From positions 1-41,994 of IMG/VR virus record IMGVR_UViG_3300023283_000182: a DNA stretch of 41,994 nucleotides. One strand, 5' to 3'. The notes below the pieces were generated by a model, which ran no database searches, was not told the DNA's origin, and worked only from the letters and a program-made list of their open reading frames with translations. A program made the position numbers and the translations under genes. Source of the stretch: a virus. Taxonomy: Duplodnaviria > Caudoviricetes. Below are positions 1 to 7,620 of the stretch, piece by piece (the first letter of the stretch is position 1; each line of letters opens with the position of its first letter).

Positions 1-66
1 GTCAGCGAAAAAGCTGTCTTCGAGTCCTCGCTGCGATGGTGGCGATGGCGATTCCGACACGTCTGA
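1..66 (+). CDS. 3' end of an unknown ORF truncated by the window start
   Basis: Frame 1 is open from base 1 to TGA at 64-66 (VSEKAVFESSLRWWRWRFRHV*). It is on the same strand as all other genes but too short to verify. Confidence 0.3.
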   Translation, partial: VSEKAVFESSLRWWRWRFRHV

Positions 67-80
67 ATCACCGGGTACTG

Positions 81-248
81 GCCCCACGCGGGGCCGCGTG
101 GGGCCGCGTAGGGCCGCGTGGGGCCGCGTGGGGCCGCGTAGGGCCGCGTGGGGCCGCGTGGGGCCGCGTGGGGCCGCGTGGGGCCGCGTGGGGCCGCGTG
201 GGGCCGCGTGGGGCCGCGTGGGGCCGCGTGGGGCCGCGTGGGGCCGCG
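81..248. repeat. 10-bp G-rich tandem repeat (GGGCCGCGTG)n preceded by one inverted unit
   Basis: 15 full units at 91-240 (two with G>A, at 110 and 140) plus a partial unit at 241-248. Bases 81-91 (GCCCCACGCGG) are the reverse complement of the unit. Confidence 0.97.
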
Positions 249-292
249 AGCCGTTATACGGCATCTGTGGGCTCGTTCGCGTAACTACAAAG

Positions 293-486
293 TATATCGG
301 CACTTACAGAAACGTCCCTGCCCAGCCTCGACGTAAGTGCCGATATATCTGGTATTTAAGAAATCGCAATTTTCTTCAAATTGTCGCTGGCAAAGGCAAA
401 TCCCGTAAGTGCAGGACAAATCGGTACTTACGTGAACCTCAGCTTTGCCCATTTCACGTAAGTACCGATATATGCGGTATTTAAGA
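293..486. repeat. Two inverted-repeat pairs plus a 30-bp direct repeat (operator/iteron-like)
   Basis: TATATCGGCACTTAC 293-307 has its exact reverse complement at 333-347. ATCGGTACTTACGTGAA 420-436 has its exact reverse complement at 453-469. 332-361 and 457-486 are near-identical direct copies. An extra half-site CGTAAGTGC lies at 404-412. Confidence 0.92.
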
Positions 487-510
487 TTTTCCTGCATTCC
501 GCCGTCCGCA

Positions 511-519
511 TGGTAGAAT
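511..519 (+). promoter_or_regulatory. Extended -10 promoter candidate (TGnTAGAAT)
   Basis: TGGTAGAAT lies directly after the operator-like repeats and upstream of the first gene. No good -35 is visible. Confidence 0.5.
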
Positions 520-576
520 GACTCACAATAAAGCGGCAGCGGTCCGCGACGTGTTCATTGTCGACTAAACCGCCTC

Positions 577-628
577 GCGCCTCGCGCCGGAAACGGCGTG
601 AGGCGCTTTCGCGTCCGGTGTCGGGCGC
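577..628 (+). other. Structured 5' leader: 13-bp GAAA-tetraloop hairpin plus a second 7-bp hairpin
   Basis: GCGCCTCGCGCCG-GAAA-CGGCGTGAGGCGC (577-606, one G-U) is followed by TTT. GCGTCCG-GTGT-CGGGCGC (611-628) has one G-U. Confidence 0.6.
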
Positions 629-659
629 ATTTCATGAACCTCCTGAAAGGAGACTCACA

Positions 660-1130
660 ATGGCAAGGACCACGAAGAAAGTCGGAACGGGAACGAAGGC
701 AGGACAGAGCGCCGAACAAGCCGAAAAGCCGAAGCAGAGAAAGCAGCGGAAGAAGAAGGCGCAGTACCCGATCCAAGGGGCGATGGACGCCAAGGGGAAT
801 CCGGCTCACGATGAAAACGGTAAGTTGACGGCAGTTCCCGCGACGCCGGAATTCAACGCTCGTGAACACAAACCGATGACGAAGAAGAACTTTGCCGACG
901 AAGCCACCTTCTTCGATTTCAAAGCTCACCTTGCCGACCAAAACGCTGAAAAGGCGAAGGAACTGGCCGAATCCTACCGGAAGAAAGCCAAGACGCTTCG
1001 TCAGTTCGGCGATGAGAAGACGCGGAAGAAAGCGTCGAAGCTGCAAAAGATGCAGGAGATGGCGCAGAAGCTGCAAGCCGAGCTCGAGTCGGAAGGCATC
1101 GACGTCGCCGAACTCCTCGAAGAGGACTGA
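660..1130 (+). CDS. Hypothetical Lys-rich basic/coiled-coil protein (156 aa)
   Basis: A strong SD (AAAGGAG) precedes ATG 660, so this start is preferred over the track's 558. Followed by a terminator. Confidence 0.85.
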   Translation: MARTTKKVGTGTKAGQSAEQAEKPKQRKQRKKKAQYPIQGAMDAKGNPAHDENGKLTAVPATPEFNAREHKPMTKKNFADEATFFDFKAHLADQNAEKAKELAESYRKKAKTLRQFGDEKTRKKASKLQKMQEMAQKLQAELESEGIDVAELLEED

Positions 1131-1149
1131 ATCCTACTTCGCCCAAAGG

Positions 1150-1180
1150 ACGATCCGGCTTAGCGGCCGGATCGTTTTTT
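1150..1180 (+). terminator. Rho-independent terminator
   Basis: Perfect 10-bp stem ACGATCCGGC-TTAGCG-GCCGGATCGT followed by a T tract. Confidence 0.85.
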
Positions 1181-1211
1181 CCCGACAACCTCACAGCGAA
1201 AGGACACAGTG

Positions 1212-1562
1212 ATGGCGAAGAAGAAAGAAATGACCCCGGCCCAGAAGAGGCAGCGACTTGAAGAGCTCGCGCAGCAAGAAGCCCAGACGATCGCGCTCCG
1301 CCACTACTTCGAGCAGTGCATCCGCGATCACGACGAACGTGTCGCCAGAGTGACCGCTGCACTGGAGAAGGCGCAAGCTAATTACGACCAAGTATTCAGA
1401 GACTACGAGAAAGCGCCTACGGCCATCGACAGTTGCGGCAAGGCGATGGAGCGCATCGCCCGGGAGCGTAAGCGTATCACTGTGGATCCGAAACTGGCGA
1501 AGCTGTCCAAGCTGCTAGAGGAAACTGCGAAGCTTCGCAAAGAGCTTAACGGCGACGGTTAA
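1212..1562 (+). CDS. Hypothetical coiled-coil protein
   Basis: AAGGA SD upstream; helical charged sequence. Start is ATG 1212 or GTG 1209. Confidence 0.8.
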   Translation: MAKKKEMTPAQKRQRLEELAQQEAQTIALRHYFEQCIRDHDERVARVTAALEKAQANYDQVFRDYEKAPTAIDSCGKAMERIARERKRITVDPKLAKLSKLLEETAKLRKELNGDG

Positions 1563-1580
1563 CCTGCTGACATAGGACCT

Positions 1581-1616
1581 AGGCCGGCGCTCCAACAGCT
1601 ACGAGCGCCGGCCTTT
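1581..1616 (+). terminator. Intergenic hairpin, possible weak terminator
   Basis: Perfect 12-bp stem AGGCCGGCGCTC / GAGCGCCGGCCT with a 10-nt loop and only a short T run. Confidence 0.5.
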
Positions 1617-1619
1617 GAC

Positions 1620-2042
1620 ATGCGCATGATTTATCTAGGCCACCATCCTGACGCCGGGCTCGCGCACGACGGTCGGATGAAAATTGAATACGCGCTGAAT
1701 CCGCGCTTCGACCTCGCGAACTACCTCTACGCTTGGAAGAAGGACCACGACTTCGACTGGGGGCCGAAGCTGAGCCTCGGACACTTCCAGCTTGCGCTAG
1801 CACTAATCGCCCGCGCAGGCGGGGACGACGAACAAGCTATTCGGCTGCACAAGAAATTCGCGACAGAGATCTGCACTAAGATGGGCTTGCAGTGGAAGCT
1901 CAACGATGCCGCGATGGAGAAGCTCATCGTCGTGCGGTACGGCGGGATCATCAAACCGAGGACATCTCGGATAACCACGGCAGAGTCGCCCGTCCTGAAG
2001 AAAACGAAACGACGACAGCAAGAAAGAGAGGCATACGTATGA
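1620..2042 (+). CDS. DUF6166-like protein
   Basis: The pattern LNPRFDL...FDWG...QLALALIA...GDDEQA..LHKKF...W resembles recalled DUF6166 proteins. Confidence 0.65.
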   Translation: MRMIYLGHHPDAGLAHDGRMKIEYALNPRFDLANYLYAWKKDHDFDWGPKLSLGHFQLALALIARAGGDDEQAIRLHKKFATEICTKMGLQWKLNDAAMEKLIVVRYGGIIKPRTSRITTAESPVLKKTKRRQQEREAYV

Positions 2043-2239
2043 AGTTCAAGCTCCTGCTCCTCGCACTGGTCATCCTCGTGTTCGCGGCGTACACTTATGT
2101 CGCGCACAAGAAAGCTACGTCCATCGACAGGAAGGAAGTCTTCACGAGCGAAGCTCTTACTCGGGACTACGAAGCCAAGATCACTTATGATGGCGAAGGC
2201 AACTACGAAGTCATCGTAAAGGAAGGCAAAGATGATTGA
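2039..2239 (+). CDS. Small membrane-anchored protein (66 aa)
   Basis: ATGA overlap with the upstream stop. N-terminal hydrophobic segment MKFKLLLLALVILVFAAY. Confidence 0.7.
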   Translation: MKFKLLLLALVILVFAAYTYVAHKKATSIDRKEVFTSEALTRDYEAKITYDGEGNYEVIVKEGKDD

Positions 2240-3008
2240 GCTCCGGTACCGGCTTGACAAAGGTGAAATGTATCTCGGCCGTGCCGAGGAGACCCTGAAG
2301 AAAATGGCCGGAGCTCGGCTCATCTTCATGGACCCGCCGTTCAATCAAGGCGAGGCCTACGATACTTGGGATGATGACATGGATGACCATCTCTACGAAC
2401 GCTTCCTGGAAACGTGCATCAAGCGCGCCGGGGCTTCGATCGCAGGCGATGGATCTCTTTGGGTGCACGTCCCGGATCGCTGGGCGGCGAATGCTGTGTG
2501 CTACGCTCGGGACCGCCTCGGGATGCGGCTGGAGAACTGGGTCATCTGGCACTACCGGTTTGCCGTATGGCAGCCGAACCGATTCTTGAAGAGCAAGTGT
2601 CACGGGTTATGGTTCTCCTGGGGGGACCCTGTCATCAACCGCGAAGCTGGCCTTGTTCCGTCGGACAGGGCCTCCATCTACAACGACGGAAGGGCTGCAA
2701 CCTCGAGCGATTCCGGTCTGCGGATGGACTTGGATGTCTGGGGATTCGACCGCTATTGGGGTCGGGTCCAAGGCAATAACCAAGAACGACGATCGTTACA
2801 CCCGAATCAGCTTCCGGAGAAGTACCTCAAACGGATTATCGGCGTACTAACTAACGAAGGCGATCTCGTCGGAGATCCCTTTTGCGGGAGCGGGACTACT
2901 GCCGTAGTGGCGGGGGCTCTTAACCGTCGGTTCATTACGGGCGACGTCAGCGAGAAATATCTCAATAGCGCTTGTGCGCGCCTTGAGAAAGGAGCGGTTC
3001 GGGTATGA
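2232..3008 (+). CDS. Orphan beta-class DNA amino-methyltransferase (N6-A/N4-C)
   Basis: Catalytic motif IV (DPPF) precedes SAM-binding motif I (DPFCGSGTT); HPNQLP motif present. Confidence 0.92.
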   Translation: MIELRYRLDKGEMYLGRAEETLKKMAGARLIFMDPPFNQGEAYDTWDDDMDDHLYERFLETCIKRAGASIAGDGSLWVHVPDRWAANAVCYARDRLGMRLENWVIWHYRFAVWQPNRFLKSKCHGLWFSWGDPVINREAGLVPSDRASIYNDGRAATSSDSGLRMDLDVWGFDRYWGRVQGNNQERRSLHPNQLPEKYLKRIIGVLTNEGDLVGDPFCGSGTTAVVAGALNRRFITGDVSEKYLNSACARLEKGAVRV

Positions 3009-3796
3009 AATACCTCCCGAAGATCAAGATCCACGACTACCGAGGTGAAGACGTCAAGTGGGCGCAGCATAAAGCAGACGGTCATTACGTCGAAGTCTAT
3101 CGGGAATCCGAAGGCATCTTCGCTTTCAAGAAGAAACGTGAAGTAAACTACGCGCCTAAGTTGATGCACCTCGGATTCGACCGGATACCCCTCGGCTTTG
3201 CAGTTCGGGGGGAACTCCATGCTGACGATGTCCAAGCGACCAGTATCCCGACCCTCATCAATGAGGCAAGCCCGAAGCTACAGTTTACGCCGTTCGCAGT
3301 AGATCGCCTAGGCGATGTCCCACTGCAAGAAGTCAACTCATGGCTGAGAGCGCATGGGTTCGAGCCCCCGACGACGTTCAGCGTATCCCCGCCTTTAGAT
3401 GTTCAGAGATGCCTGAGAGACATCCAAGCAGAGGGTATCGAGGGGTACATCCTTAAGGACGGCCACCTCGGTCCGTGGTACAAGTTGAAGCCGGTCAAGA
3501 CCGTCGATTGCATTGTTCTCGATGCACCGATGAGCTACAGCACCTCGTTCTTCGGCGGCCTGAAGTGTCTGATCGTCGGTGCGTACGTAGGGGGTGAGTT
3601 GAAACAGATCGCACGTGTGGGGACCGGCTTCGATGCCGAGTACCGAATGTCGCTGGATACAGATGAAAAGCGGGAAGCCTTGGTCGGGCGCGTATGCGAA
3701 GTTGAATACCAAGACATGGGCGCTAAGGGGCATCTTAAGTTCCCCCGGTTCCTGCGCTGGCGAGAAGATAAACCGAAGGAGGAATGCATACTGTGA
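3005..3796 (+). CDS. Minimal ATP-dependent DNA ligase
   Basis: Motif I KADG, RGEL, motif IV EGYILK, motif V KLKP, and an OB-fold with VGTGF and LKFPRFLRWREDK. Confidence 0.88.
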   Translation: MKYLPKIKIHDYRGEDVKWAQHKADGHYVEVYRESEGIFAFKKKREVNYAPKLMHLGFDRIPLGFAVRGELHADDVQATSIPTLINEASPKLQFTPFAVDRLGDVPLQEVNSWLRAHGFEPPTTFSVSPPLDVQRCLRDIQAEGIEGYILKDGHLGPWYKLKPVKTVDCIVLDAPMSYSTSFFGGLKCLIVGAYVGGELKQIARVGTGFDAEYRMSLDTDEKREALVGRVCEVEYQDMGAKGHLKFPRFLRWREDKPKEECIL

Positions 3797-4089
3797 AACG
3801 AGGGACGGACATTACACAATCAGAAGCGGGCGTTACGTCGTTGAAGTCGCTTACCAAAGTACTCAAGCCAACGAAGCCCCACAGGATGTCCGGGCGTTGG
3901 GATGCTGCAATCCAGGATCTCTATGAAACGCAGAACACGTGGCTTCCTGTGCAAGACGGAGAAAGTTCAGCGCAGGTGACCCGCCTCAGGCTCCGGAGCG
4001 CTTGGCATATGCTCCCCCGACCGTTTCGCCTGGAAACTAAAGTCGTTAACAGCGTGTGTTACGCCAGATCAATAACGAGGAGCGCGTAG
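3793..4089 (+). CDS. Hypothetical protein
   Basis: GGAGG upstream and a GTGA overlap with the ligase stop; fills the gap. Confidence 0.55.
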   Translation: MKRGTDITQSEAGVTSLKSLTKVLKPTKPHRMSGRWDAAIQDLYETQNTWLPVQDGESSAQVTRLRLRSAWHMLPRPFRLETKVVNSVCYARSITRSA

Positions 4090-4139
4090 CTCCTAAGCCG
4101 CGGACGGTCCGCGACGAAATCACCTAGAAAGGAGATATC

Positions 4140-4379
4140 ATGGCAAGCTCAGTATCCACCATCGTGAACCGTGCGAAGAAGGCGATCGCGGCAGAAGAGA
4201 AGGCGGAGAAGGTCAGGCGCAAGGACGCGCTGACGCTCATCCAGAAAGGCATCGAGACCTACGGATCCAGGCGTGCCTACGCTCTGGAGTGTGAGATGAC
4301 TCCGGTGTCCCTCAAGAAGATCGCGAACGGCGGTCCGGTCAGTAATGAAGACATCGTTCTGCTCGGATCCGCGCTGTGA
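4140..4379 (+). CDS. Small protein, possible HTH DNA-binding
   Basis: Strong SD AAAGGAG. GSRRAYALECEMTPVSLKKIANG resembles an XRE/Cro helix-turn-helix. Confidence 0.75.
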   Translation: MASSVSTIVNRAKKAIAAEEKAEKVRRKDALTLIQKGIETYGSRRAYALECEMTPVSLKKIANGGPVSNEDIVLLGSAL

Positions 4380-4385
4380 ACACTA

Positions 4386-4415
4386 CTGCTTCGACGGGGA
4401 GACCCGTCGAAGCAG
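4386..4415 (+). terminator. 13-bp perfect hairpin with GAGA tetraloop (terminator or mRNA stabiliser)
   Basis: CTGCTTCGACGGG-GAGA-CCCGTCGAAGCAG, intergenic, without a real T tract. Confidence 0.55.
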
Positions 4416-4418
4416 ATT

Positions 4419-4850
4419 ATGCTATTGTCCGTAGAAACAGAGTCCGGCATCCAGAAAGAACGTGCGGTCGTCATCGGTGACTACCTGCATCTACCTGATT
4501 TGCGCCTGCGAATCCGCGTCACTGATCTCGACTACCCTATTCATGTCGTGGGCACCCACAAGATATTGGAGCTAGATCCCGTGATGTCAGCCGTCGCTAA
4601 GAGGGAACCGGTGATTCTTCAGATCCCCGACTTGGATGAACTGGAACTGCTTCTACAGGACCGGCTAGTTGCAGCGAGATACGGCCCTACACTGGTAGTC
4701 AGGGCGAAATCACGATTCTCCCTGAAAACGGTTGCCGACTACCTTCAAGTCTCTGAGACATCGTTGCGCTTCATCATGAATGGCGAAGTAACGTGTACTC
4801 CGAGCCTGGCGATTCGATTAACCTCCATGGTAAGGGATAACGATGAGTAA
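4419..4850 (+). CDS. Protein with C-terminal XRE-type HTH
   Basis: SLKTVADYLQVSETSLRFIMNG...TPSLAIRL fits an XRE/HigA-like HTH. Confidence 0.7.
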   Translation: MLLSVETESGIQKERAVVIGDYLHLPDLRLRIRVTDLDYPIHVVGTHKILELDPVMSAVAKREPVILQIPDLDELELLLQDRLVAARYGPTLVVRAKSRFSLKTVADYLQVSETSLRFIMNGEVTCTPSLAIRLTSMVRDNDE

Positions 4851-5694
4851 GAAAGATTACAACTTCGGGTCTAGCTCCGTTGGTGACTTCTTTGGCTGGA
4901 TAAACGAAAGACATCAGATATACTTAAACAAGATACAAGGATATCCGAAACCGTGGACGGATGATCCGGTTCTCCGCCGGTACAAGTTCACGAACGTATT
5001 CCGACAGCTTGACAGGACAACAGTTGCGTTGAACAGGGCTATACGCTACTCTGAACCGCCCGAAGACGTCGTATTCAACATCTGGTGGATGCGGCTATTC
5101 AACCTCTCAGATCACATGGAAAATCTCGGATTTGTCCCGATCTCTGAGCACCACAGGGTGTTTGAATACATCCGATCTCGTCACGCAGAGGGCAAGAAAA
5201 TCTTTTCCGGCGCTTACATGACAACCGGAGAAGCCGGACGGCCGAAGCATGAGACTTATCTTGACGCGGTGAAAGATGCCGTCTCGGAAGCGTCGAATGT
5301 CGTCGAGTTCTGCAAAGAAGACGGTACGATGCAGAATCTTTGCAGTGAGTTGACGAACTGCTTCATGGTCGGCAAGTTCGTCGCGTACGAATTAGCTTGC
5401 GACTTCAGGTTCGTGACGAGCCTGTGGTCTGACGACAAGCCTACAGATACGATGACGTGGGCGAACATCGGCCCCGGCGCGAAGCGGGGCATGGAGCGTC
5501 TCGGTATGGAGCCTTCGGTTGAATCCATGCGCAGGCTGCTTCGCCGCAGCTTTGAGGCGTTGGATGCTCATGTCCTCCTCTGCGCTTGGCCGTTCGAACT
5601 CCGGGAGATCGAGCATTGTCTCTGTGAATTTGATAAGTATGAGCGAGCCCGTACCGGCGCAGGCCGCCCACGTTCCACGTATCCAGGAGAATAA
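4843..5694 (+). CDS. DNA base hypermodification protein, aGPT-PPlase clade 1 family
   Basis: ERHQIY..K..G.PKPWTDDPVLRRYKFTNVFR..DR, GKFVAYELACD, GPGAKRG and EIEHCLCEFDKYER are the recalled signature of this family. Confidence 0.88.
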   Translation: MSKKDYNFGSSSVGDFFGWINERHQIYLNKIQGYPKPWTDDPVLRRYKFTNVFRQLDRTTVALNRAIRYSEPPEDVVFNIWWMRLFNLSDHMENLGFVPISEHHRVFEYIRSRHAEGKKIFSGAYMTTGEAGRPKHETYLDAVKDAVSEASNVVEFCKEDGTMQNLCSELTNCFMVGKFVAYELACDFRFVTSLWSDDKPTDTMTWANIGPGAKRGMERLGMEPSVESMRRLLRRSFEALDAHVLLCAWPFELREIEHCLCEFDKYERARTGAGRPRSTYPGE

Positions 5695-5697
5695 ACT

Positions 5698-6045
5698 GTG
5701 TGGATTTTCACTCGCAACGGATTCTGTAGTGTCGTGCAACACAAGCACGCTTCGACCGTCCTGATCGTTCGGTGCCGATGCAAAGAAGACGCGGATAAGC
5801 TGCGACGAGCCTGCAATGGCACTGCGGTTCAGGACACCCCCGAATCTGACTACCGGTACCGATTCCTTGCGGATCGCAAGGAATTCGCCGCCTTCGCGGC
5901 CAAGCTCGTCGAAGAAATCGATTACCCTAACTTCAAGGATGAGGTCCACGCCGTGGATCCGTCGAAGGAACGATCAGAAGCCTACCTTGAAGTTTGGTCC
6001 AGCATGTACAACCTCCAACAAAAGAAATCAGGAGCCACAGTATGA
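5698..6045 (+). CDS. Conserved phage hypothetical protein
   Basis: GTG start with AGGAG SD. The MWIFT..GF.S.V...VR.R...SDYRYR...IDYPNFK pattern is familiar from phage proteins; function unknown. Confidence 0.8.
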   Translation: MWIFTRNGFCSVVQHKHASTVLIVRCRCKEDADKLRRACNGTAVQDTPESDYRYRFLADRKEFAAFAAKLVEEIDYPNFKDEVHAVDPSKERSEAYLEVWSSMYNLQQKKSGATV

Positions 6046-6578
6046 TCTTCAATATACGCGGGACCAACGGATCCGGGAAGAGTCACATCGTCCACCGGCT
6101 CTTAAAGAAGTATGACCATGAGACGATCCTCGAGGGCGAGAAGGTCATCGGATACTACCTCCCAGACCTGGACCTCCACGTCGTAGGGGCGTATCAGACG
6201 GTTTGCGGCGGATGCGACCGCATAGCAGATCAGGATCGGGTTGAGGAGCTCGTTCGAGAGTTCACATGCGGGCACGTTCTCTTCGAAGGCTTGCTCGTAA
6301 GTCATACGTTCCAGCGATGGGCGGATCTATTCGAAGAACTCGGAGTGGAGACCCACGTCTTATTCCTCGATACCCCGATGGAGGAATGTATCGAGCGGGT
6401 GAAACAGCGCCGCTTGGCACAAGGAAACGAAAAGCCTTACGATCCCAAGAACCTGATCAAAGACTGGCACTGCGCCCGTCGGGTCGCGGCCCGGTTCACA
6501 GAAACGGACTGCAAGGTCTATTGGATGAACGGGGATCAAATCCTCCAGCACGTAGAAAGGGCGATCACTGATGTTTGA
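6042..6578 (+). CDS. P-loop nucleotide/DNA kinase of hypermodification clusters (5-hmdU DNA kinase-like)
   Basis: Walker A IRGTNGSGKS, G.Y...CGGCD motif and VLFEG Walker B. AGGAG SD and an ATGA overlap support the start at 6042. Confidence 0.85.
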   Translation: MIFNIRGTNGSGKSHIVHRLLKKYDHETILEGEKVIGYYLPDLDLHVVGAYQTVCGGCDRIADQDRVEELVREFTCGHVLFEGLLVSHTFQRWADLFEELGVETHVLFLDTPMEECIERVKQRRLAQGNEKPYDPKNLIKDWHCARRVAARFTETDCKVYWMNGDQILQHVERAITDV

Positions 6579-7620
6579 GTTACGACAGCGCCAACCGCCG
6601 GCGCTCCGCCACGTACTCAATGAGATGTTGCCGCTGACGGACGGGCCGATTGACCGTGTCATCAACATCGTCTGCTCAAGCCGAAGCGGCAGTTCTCTTT
6701 TCAAGGAAGCCCTGTCTCGGCTCCCCGGGGTGATCACACTTGCAGGTGAAGAGGAGCCGTATTGGCGTTTAAGCGGCAATGGCTATCGGCTCACAGGTTA
6801 TGATGATAGCTTCACGAACCCCGCAAACCCTGAGCTCATGCGTCGCCTCATCGCGGATGAACTCTACGAAGAAAACGCTGAGAAACGATGGCGGAAGCGG
6901 CTGCTCATGCAGTTCGGCCGTTGGGACGGACCGATCGGTCGCTGGGCTGATTTATCCTGGCTCGGTGACAAAATCGGATACTATGATGGGTACCGTCGGC
7001 CCTGGGATCGGTTCTTCAAGCTCGAAGAACCGCCGTTCGTCCTTCCCAAGCCTTACGAAAATCCTCGCGGGAAGGCACTGGTCCTCAAAACCCCTCAAAA
7101 CGTGTATCGACCCGGCGCGCTTGAGAAGGTCTTCCCGAACATTGAAATCGAGCATATCTACCTCACGCGAAACTTCGCCAGCACAATCAACGGCCTAATC
7201 GATGGATGGTACTGCGATTTCGGATTCTTCGCCCACCCGGTGCCGACCCATCGTGGATGGCGGTGGTGGAAGTTCGATATGCCGCCGGGGTGGTCCTTTG
7301 ATATGAGCATCGAAGAACGAGCTATGTTTCAGTGGAGATCTGCCCATCTTTGGGGCCTGTCCTACTGGAAGTCGGCTGAAAGAGTAAAGTTCGAAGACCT
7401 GCTGGTCGATCCCGCCGCCGTCGTGAACGACATCGGCCGCAAGTTCAATCTCGGCCAAGTATCTCCGAAATCTTTTGACCTCCCATCCACGATGACTACT
7501 GACCAGCCAGCTCCATTCCGCTGGGTGCGCCGGAAACAGAAGGTCCTCCGGTTTCAAGCTGACGCCAAGCTGATCATGGAACGCCTCGGATACAAGATGG
7601 AGCCTGAGACATGGTTGTGA
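6571..7620 (+). CDS. PAPS-dependent sulfotransferase family protein
   Basis: 5'-PSB-like loop CSSRSGSSLF, LKTP, 3'-PB-like IYLTRN, and VKFEDLLVDP. Confidence 0.75.
   Translation: MFELRQRQPPALRHVLNEMLPLTDGPIDRVINIVCSSRSGSSLFKEALSRLPGVITLAGEEEPYWRLSGNGYRLTGYDDSFTNPANPELMRRLIADELYEENAEKRWRKRLLMQFGRWDGPIGRWADLSWLGDKIGYYDGYRRPWDRFFKLEEPPFVLPKPYENPRGKALVLKTPQNVYRPGALEKVFPNIEIEHIYLTRNFASTINGLIDGWYCDFGFFAHPVPTHRGWRWWKFDMPPGWSFDMSIEERAMFQWRSAHLWGLSYWKSAERVKFEDLLVDPAAVVNDIGRKFNLGQVSPKSFDLPSTMTTDQPAPFRWVRRKQKVLRFQADAKLIMERLGYKMEPETWL

Noticed and set aside
36-497. ORFs 36-284, 98-484, 148-336 and 285-497
   Set aside because: They arise from the stop-free 10-bp repeat and adjacent palindromes. The unit is not a multiple of 3 and there is no SD.
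558-659. Longer N-terminus for the first gene
   Set aside because: TTG start without an SD, running through RNA hairpins. ATG 660 has a strong SD.
1615-1643. TTGACA as a -35 box
   Set aside because: There is no -10 hexamer at 16-18 bp spacing.
2232-3008. Restriction-modification system
   Set aside because: No adjacent endonuclease; the neighbours are a small membrane protein and a ligase.
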